DNA of 52,062 nucleotides from a virus (Duplodnaviria; Heunggongvirae; Uroviricota; Caudoviricetes): IMG/VR virus record IMGVR_UViG_2531839330_000009; one strand, 5' to 3'. Shown piece by piece: positions 49,173 to 52,062 of this stretch (position 1 is its first letter; each line of letters starts with the position of its first letter). The notes under the pieces were generated by a model. It saw only the letters and a program-made list of their open reading frames with translations, ran no database searches and was not told where the DNA came from. The position numbers and the translations under genes were made by a program.

Positions 49173-51074
49173 ATGTTAGAAATTACCGCCTCACGAATTA
49201 GTAATGTTGTGACATTTACCACTGATTTCAAGAGCTTACAGAAAGCTAAGAATGAAGTGGATAAGCTACAAAAGAAGATGCAGGGGATCAAACCTGTGCA
49301 AGTGGCGGCAGCACGTCAGAAAGATTTACAGAGGCTGGGAAAAGAGATTCAGCGCCAGCATGATCAGCATGTTAAGCGGGCTGTTAAATCTGAGACACAG
49401 GCATCTAAAGCCAGCACTAAACAGAAGCTACAGGAAGCTAAAAACCTCGCTAAAGCACAGGCTAAACAAGCCTCAATTGCTGAAAAGGCAGAGATCAAGC
49501 GCCTTGCATCATATCGCCAGTTACAAGGCATCAAGAACAATTCCCGCTATGGCGAAGGGATGGATATTAAGAAATATCACGATGCTCTACGTTACATTAA
49601 GGAACAAACCCGCCTCTATGAATCCGGCGCTATATCGCAAGCGAAGATGAATGCCCTGATCCGTGACCGCATCACATTAGAAAGACGAGCCGCAGCCGCT
49701 GCTACGCGTCGTAATGCTGCCGCTGGGGGTGTATATCCAGTTACTTCTAAGAAGCTCCACAAAGAAGGTGTTAGCGGCGGTGGCGCGTTAATGATGGGCG
49801 GTGTTGGTGGCATTATCGGCGGCGCTGCCGTTGGCTTAGGAAGTATGGCTGTATCTGCTGGAATGGAAAAAGCCCGTGAACGTATGGAATTGCAGAAGAT
49901 GAGCGATCTGGTAGGCGCAGACTCCAACCAGGTGGCTGCAATGGTTAATTGGGGGAGGGCAAACGGTGTATCAAGTGCAAGCGTGGACAAGACCACTGAC
50001 AATATCAAAGACTTAAACGAACGCATTGGTCATCAAAGCCGAACTGCTGAATGGGATAGTAAGAAAAAAGAGTGGCGAGGCGGGGAAGGATCATTAAATG
50101 ATATTCAGAATGCCTTTGCATGGAACAAAGATAAGATAGCTTCCTACCAGGGGCGACCGCTGCAACTCCTGCAAGACGTGGTGAGAGAAGGTGAACGCCG
50201 AGGAATGACTAAAGAAGCCATCATATCCCTGATCGAACCATTAGCAGACGATGCCAGCCATTATCTCAAGATGTTTTCCCGTGATGGGGAAGAGTTCCGT
50301 AAAACGATGGTTGATATGGAAAACAACGGGCAGCTACTGACAGAAGCACAGAAAGAGCAATATCGCGCAGCTAACAAGACAGCTACAGCCTTTGACCGTC
50401 TGACAGATGGACTATCGAATCAGGCTATTTTGGGCTTCTTTGATGGCATAGCCAACATGCCAGCACTCAAACCGGAAGAAAGCAAAGCCTTACAGAATGC
50501 AGCTTATGGTGTTGGTGCATCGTTCGGGGATTTGGCTAAACAAGGCGCTGTATTACTGACCTCTATGACTTCTTACGGGAATCAAATCACAAGCTGGATT
50601 AATAAACATCTTAGCCGTGGTGAGAATGATAACCGACCTGAGACACAAAAGGTTATGGACGCTGTTACAGATGGGGAATGGTCGCCATCAACGATTATCA
50701 ATGAAGGTATTCGTTATGCAACTGGACTCGATACGAAAGATGTAGGGCGTATTGTGCGCGGTGAGGAAACACAGTCCGGCGTTCCAGGGTGGTGGACTGA
50801 TTTAATTAATGGCAATGCTAACAGCTACGGATCAACCCTTGTTGCACGTAAAGCAGAAGCCTATCAGCCGACTGTAAGCCTACAACGTCAATACGCAACT
50901 CCTGTTAACGTGAATGCACAGGTTACGGTGCCGAGTGATATGATCTCTGTTAACGTCATCCCTAACGGTCCCGGCTTTCAGGATTTAATCCGCACTGAGA
51001 TCAGAGCGAACAACAATCAGTTTAGTTCGAATCTGATTCTTAGCACGTTGTCAGGACAGAGTAGCGTTAACTAA
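49173..51074 (+). CDS. tape-measure-like protein (coiled-coil N-terminus, glycine-zipper hydrophobic segment)
   Basis: 633 aa; KQ-rich helical N-terminus; GGGALMMGGVGGIIGGAAVGLG segment. Confidence 0.4.
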   Translation: MLEITASRISNVVTFTTDFKSLQKAKNEVDKLQKKMQGIKPVQVAAARQKDLQRLGKEIQRQHDQHVKRAVKSETQASKASTKQKLQEAKNLAKAQAKQASIAEKAEIKRLASYRQLQGIKNNSRYGEGMDIKKYHDALRYIKEQTRLYESGAISQAKMNALIRDRITLERRAAAAATRRNAAAGGVYPVTSKKLHKEGVSGGGALMMGGVGGIIGGAAVGLGSMAVSAGMEKARERMELQKMSDLVGADSNQVAAMVNWGRANGVSSASVDKTTDNIKDLNERIGHQSRTAEWDSKKKEWRGGEGSLNDIQNAFAWNKDKIASYQGRPLQLLQDVVREGERRGMTKEAIISLIEPLADDASHYLKMFSRDGEEFRKTMVDMENNGQLLTEAQKEQYRAANKTATAFDRLTDGLSNQAILGFFDGIANMPALKPEESKALQNAAYGVGASFGDLAKQGAVLLTSMTSYGNQITSWINKHLSRGENDNRPETQKVMDAVTDGEWSPSTIINEGIRYATGLDTKDVGRIVRGEETQSGVPGWWTDLINGNANSYGSTLVARKAEAYQPTVSLQRQYATPVNVNAQVTVPSDMISVNVIPNGPGFQDLIRTEIRANNNQFSSNLILSTLSGQSSVN

Positions 51075-51147
51075 GTTTAACGATAACTAATAATAAAGCG
51101 GGGGCAATATTTATTGCTTTCCGCTCATTACACAAGGATTAATATAA

Positions 51148-51439
51148 ATGGTTATCAAAGAAAGTCAGATCAACAGCACATCTAACATTAATACATCTAA
51201 CAGCAAGGTTAAATCTGATAACGGATTTGCCATTATATGTAGCAACCTGAATAACGAAAATGCATCAACGATAGCCAGTTATAAAGCTATTACTTTTGAC
51301 GCTGTTCCGGCAACTAAGGTTTCACGTTCTGCCGATGTTACATCGTATCCTGTGCAGGATGGTAATGATGTATCTGATAATGTCAGGATCAAGAATAATA
51401 AACTTATGCTTTCAGGCATTATTACAGAAACACCATTAG

Positions 51440-51462
<23 letters not shown>
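51148..51462 (+). pseudogene. hypothetical gene truncated by IS5 insertion
   Basis: ORF reads into the IS5 left end at 51440; last 7 codons and stop are IS-derived. Confidence 0.5.

Positions 51463-52062
<600 letters not shown>

Larger units (their letters stand above)
40904..51439. mobile_element. second AT-rich horizontally acquired element of unresolved type (phage- or plasmid-like remnant), truncated by IS5
   Basis: Begins at attR; low GC; serine recombinase, repeat arrays, RHH/wHTH genes, tape-measure-like gene; ends at IS5. Confidence 0.35.

Overview
Enterobacterial (E. coli/Shigella-like) chromosome segment. Positions 1-1254 are proA, followed by tRNA-Thr (thrW, 1369-1444). A ~39.5 kb mosaic temperate prophage sits in the 3' end of thrW, bounded by a 47-bp direct repeat (attL 1399-1445, attR 40857-40903). 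Prophage layout: P22-type int/xis; minus-strand early-left genes (KplE1-like YfdT/S/R/Q/P homologues, including an HD-domain hydrolase); cI-like repressor, Cro-like and CII-like regulators with a terminator and TTGCG-type operator repeats; an O-like replication initiator with 15-bp iterons inside the gene; a nin-like region (Dam-type methyltransferase, LexA-like wHTH, RusA, KilA-N, DUF968-like); Q antiterminator; lambda-like lysis cassette (holin, R endolysin, Rz/Rz1, bor); HNH-terS-terL; HK97-type head genes; a Mu-like contractile-tail module; and an e14/Mu-type invertible tail-fibre segment with Pin invertase. The most interesting signal is an AT-rich three-gene reverse-strand cassette (13060-15218) wedged between Q and the late promoter, a candidate undescribed defence/abortive-infection module with a PD-(D/E)xK-like nuclease. 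Other notable points: the portal gene carries an in-frame amber codon; a membrane-protein moron sits inside the tail module; the right arm carries a GIY-YIG nuclease, a tRNA-Ser 3' fragment, an AraC-family regulator and an IS3-family transposase remnant. Beyond attR (40904-51439) lies a second AT-rich element of unclear type (small serine recombinase, repeat-dense non-coding region, RHH and wHTH proteins, tape-measure-like protein), truncated by an IS5 copy that runs off the window end. All functional calls rest on by-eye motif, similarity-from-memory and gene-order recognition; no database search, HMM or folding was run.
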